A stretch of 59,193 bases of DNA from Clostridiales bacterium (GTDB taxonomy: Bacteria > Bacillota > Clostridia > Ch29), in NCBI GenBank assembly GCA_012523075.1, contig JAAYJF010000061.1:1-59193 (forward strand), read 5' to 3'. Positions 56,900 through 59,193 of this stretch are shown here, piece by piece. The notes beneath the pieces are model-generated. The model did no database searches and was not told the DNA's origin. It worked only from the letters and a program-made list of their open reading frames with translations. Position 1 is the stretch's first letter. Each line of letters opens with the position of its first letter. A program made the translations under genes and the position numbers.

Positions 56900-57585
56900 T
56901 ACGATTCCTCCTTTTTGGTTTTTTGTCTGTACTCCTCCATTATTCTAACACCGCTGCTGGTGCCTATCCGTCTTGCCCCCGCCTTTACCATTTCCAAAAG
57001 GGTTTCAAGGTCCCTTATTCCTCCCGAGGCCTTGACACCAACACCGGGACCCACAGTATCCCTAAGCAGCCTTACATCATCGGTACTTGCTCCTGCACTG
57101 CCAAAGCCGGTGGAGGTCTTGACAAAGTCCGCGCCGCAGTCCCTTACTATTTTGCACAGCCTAACCTTCTCCTCATGGTCAAGAAAGCAGGTCTCTATTA
57201 TTGCCTTGACTATATTATCCCCCGCAACCTTCCTTATCTCCCTTATTTCCTGCTCCACTATCCTGTAATCTCCACCCTTTACCGCCCCAATGTTGACCAC
57301 CATATCCAGCTCCCCGGCTCCCAGCTTCAGGGCAGTGCTGGCCTGGTAAGCTTTGGTACCTGGGTTGTCCGCTCCCAGCGGGAAACCTATTACCGTGCAA
57401 ACCTTTACCTTTTCTCCCCTTAAGTAATCCGCCGCCGTTTTTACCCAAAAAGGGTTAACACAGACCGAATAAAAACCCTCCACCACGGCTTGATTGCACA
57501 GCCTTTCAATGCTCCTTCCATCTGCATCAGCCTTAAGCAGGGTATGGTCAATCAGCTTTGCAATGCTCTCCGGCTTTGTAATCAC
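56899..57585 (-). CDS. deoC: Deoxyribose-phosphate aldolase
   Basis: IDHTLLK, TVIGFPLG, ELDMV, FVKTSTGF, VKASGGIR, RIGTSS. Confidence 0.97.
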   Translation of the reverse strand: MITKPESIAKLIDHTLLKADADGRSIERLCNQAVVEGFYSVCVNPFWVKTAADYLRGEKVKVCTVIGFPLGADNPGTKAYQASTALKLGAGELDMVVNIGAVKGGDYRIVEQEIREIRKVAGDNIVKAIIETCFLDHEEKVRLCKIVRDCGADFVKTSTGFGSAGASTDDVRLLRDTVGPGVGVKASGGIRDLETLLEMVKAGARRIGTSSGVRIMEEYRQKTKKEES

Positions 57586-57657
57586 ATCGTCCTGTCTCCC
57601 TTCTCCCTTGGTTCTTTAAGTTAATTAAAACTATACTGTTAGCTAACGCTCTCCCCA

Positions 57658-59181
57658 TCACTTTTTTCTAAAATACCTGTTTATCATGTCCTGGGTAATA
57701 ATGCTTCCCGTCATGGGCGGAGAAGTGCCCTCCCTTTGGGAGCCTATAAGCTTTCCCTTAAGGTTTGCAACTTCCGAATCCAATCTGTCCAGCCTTTCTA
57801 TTATATCCTCCTCCATCCTCTGCCTTAGCGCGTTAAGGTCCACTTTTAGCCTTTCCAGTTGGTCCTTTCCTACGGCGCAGTAACCTTCCCCTTCGCCTTC
57901 CCGAAGGGGGCTGCCCTGCTTTTTATCGTCGTCGTAAGGGGGCCCATCCAGTACTTTTTCGGCCTGGGAATACCCATCGTTTTGATAGGCCATTGCGCCA
58001 TAGCCTGACTGGTCTGTCTCGTGGGCCTTTGTCATGGCTGCGTTGCCCCCGGTTCCTTCCTGACCGCCGCCAAAATATTTGTCCCTGTCCTCCACCGGGC
58101 TTTTTTCATAGTGCATTTCCCCGCTTGTTTCAAAAGACCCATTATCCTGGTGCGGGTCAGCATTTCTTTCCTCCGGCTCCCCCGGGGAAACCTCCGCCAT
58201 CCTTATTCTTTCAACCGACCTGTGGAGAAAGGGAATATGTATCTCCGGTGGTACAGTGGCTATTACCCTCTTTGCATCTATAAGCAGAGAGTGGGTGCTG
58301 GCAAAACCGTATACCTCCAGCTGTTTACCCTGGGCATGGTGATAATACTTAACCCTCCCCCAGCTACCCCCTCCGTCGTAGGAGGTCCTGTAGCCCAGGC
58401 TACCCCCTTCAGTCCATGCTATGTACAGCGTGTTCCTCCTATTAATAAGAACCGGGCCTTCATCCACGTGCCTACCTTCAATTATTTCCTGCGGGGATAC
58501 GTCAGCCTTATCCCTTGCCTTCCTGATGAAGTATACTCCGGCGCCGTTTCTAATCATTATGCTGCCTTCCCGACATTCCAAATATAGTGCGTTTTCCCAT
58601 GCACTGCTGTCCCTGGCTACAGACATCGTCCAATTAGCACCGTCAAAGTCCCACAACGAAAGGTTTTTACCCTCCACCGCAGCTATGCACAGCCTGTTGT
58701 CCCTGCCCATATCACAGTCATAGCATATTCTTCCTTCCTTACCGGGCACATCAAACACCCTATAGCCCCTCCACTCGCCGCCGGTCCACTGGTGGTGGAA
58801 AAGGGCACAGCCTCCCCCCTTCTCGGAATACACGTAGAAAAGGTGAAGCCCGACAGCATCCTTCATTACCTTCAGGCCGTATATGCTTATCGTTTTTCCG
58901 GCAAAGCTGTATAGGGTTTGTTTTGTCCAACCCCTTGAATCGTGGCAAATATAGACCACTCTCTGTCCTGCGGTTAACGCCACTATGTGGATGTTATCGC
59001 GCTCATCCACCATTATATCATATTCGGTGACGGTTTCATCGGTCAACGGTTGTCCTGGCGCAGATTCACCCCTGCCCCGCTTCACGACATAGCCCGTCTT
59101 GCCAGAGACCATAGGATAAAACAGCCACACATTTCTTTTACTGTCAATAACCAGCTTTTTTTCAAATGAAGTATCCTCCAT
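57658..59181 (-). CDS. Hypothetical protein (beta-rich N-terminal region, acidic low-complexity linker, C-terminal coiled coil)
   Basis: 507-aa ORF with GGGGTGG RBS; Trp-rich beta strands and an Asp-box-like SYDGGGSW. Confidence 0.8.
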   Translation of the reverse strand: MEDTSFEKKLVIDSKRNVWLFYPMVSGKTGYVVKRGRGESAPGQPLTDETVTEYDIMVDERDNIHIVALTAGQRVVYICHDSRGWTKQTLYSFAGKTISIYGLKVMKDAVGLHLFYVYSEKGGGCALFHHQWTGGEWRGYRVFDVPGKEGRICYDCDMGRDNRLCIAAVEGKNLSLWDFDGANWTMSVARDSSAWENALYLECREGSIMIRNGAGVYFIRKARDKADVSPQEIIEGRHVDEGPVLINRRNTLYIAWTEGGSLGYRTSYDGGGSWGRVKYYHHAQGKQLEVYGFASTHSLLIDAKRVIATVPPEIHIPFLHRSVERIRMAEVSPGEPEERNADPHQDNGSFETSGEMHYEKSPVEDRDKYFGGGQEGTGGNAAMTKAHETDQSGYGAMAYQNDGYSQAEKVLDGPPYDDDKKQGSPLREGEGEGYCAVGKDQLERLKVDLNALRQRMEEDIIERLDRLDSEVANLKGKLIGSQREGTSPPMTGSIITQDMINRYFRKK

Positions 59182-59193
59182 AATACCACCCCC

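Overview
Core chromosomal segment of a spore-forming, Clostridia-like Firmicute. Every intact gene except rqcH is on the minus strand. In coordinate order it holds coaBC(5' part)-rpoZ-gmk-remA-yloC, rqcH, rluD-lspA-yteA-DUF5665, T-box-controlled ileS, divIVA-yggT-sepF-yggS, tRNA-Pro(GGG), spoIVA, gpsA-plsY-der-DUF512, a DUF1614-spoIIP-YIEGIA operon, pgeF-nrdR-ylmC, sigG-sigE-spoIIGA, the full dcw cluster (ftsZ to mraZ), lgt-ymfH-ymfF, pduL, a SleB-like hydrolase, PNP, an M23 peptidase, DUF296, deoC and a 507-aa hypothetical protein. I see no transposase, integrase, prophage, CRISPR array or rRNA. The unexpected content lies mostly in intergenic DNA missed by the ORF track: (1) a probable 63-aa selenoprotein (DUF1858-like, CFGU motif, in-frame TGA followed by hairpins) upstream of pduL; (2) decayed 3' remnants of dapF and panB; (3) three copies of a composite REP-like element with a shared asymmetric tail, one inside the predicted sigmaE leader of ylmC; (4) a dispersed family of degenerate 7-bp tandem arrays plus a heptamer-armed hairpin; (5) a small TIR hairpin element. 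Two intact ORFs look like catalytically dead enzyme homologs: an Amidase_3-like protein and a membrane-anchored chelatase-like protein. All family assignments come from motif recognition by eye; no searches were run.
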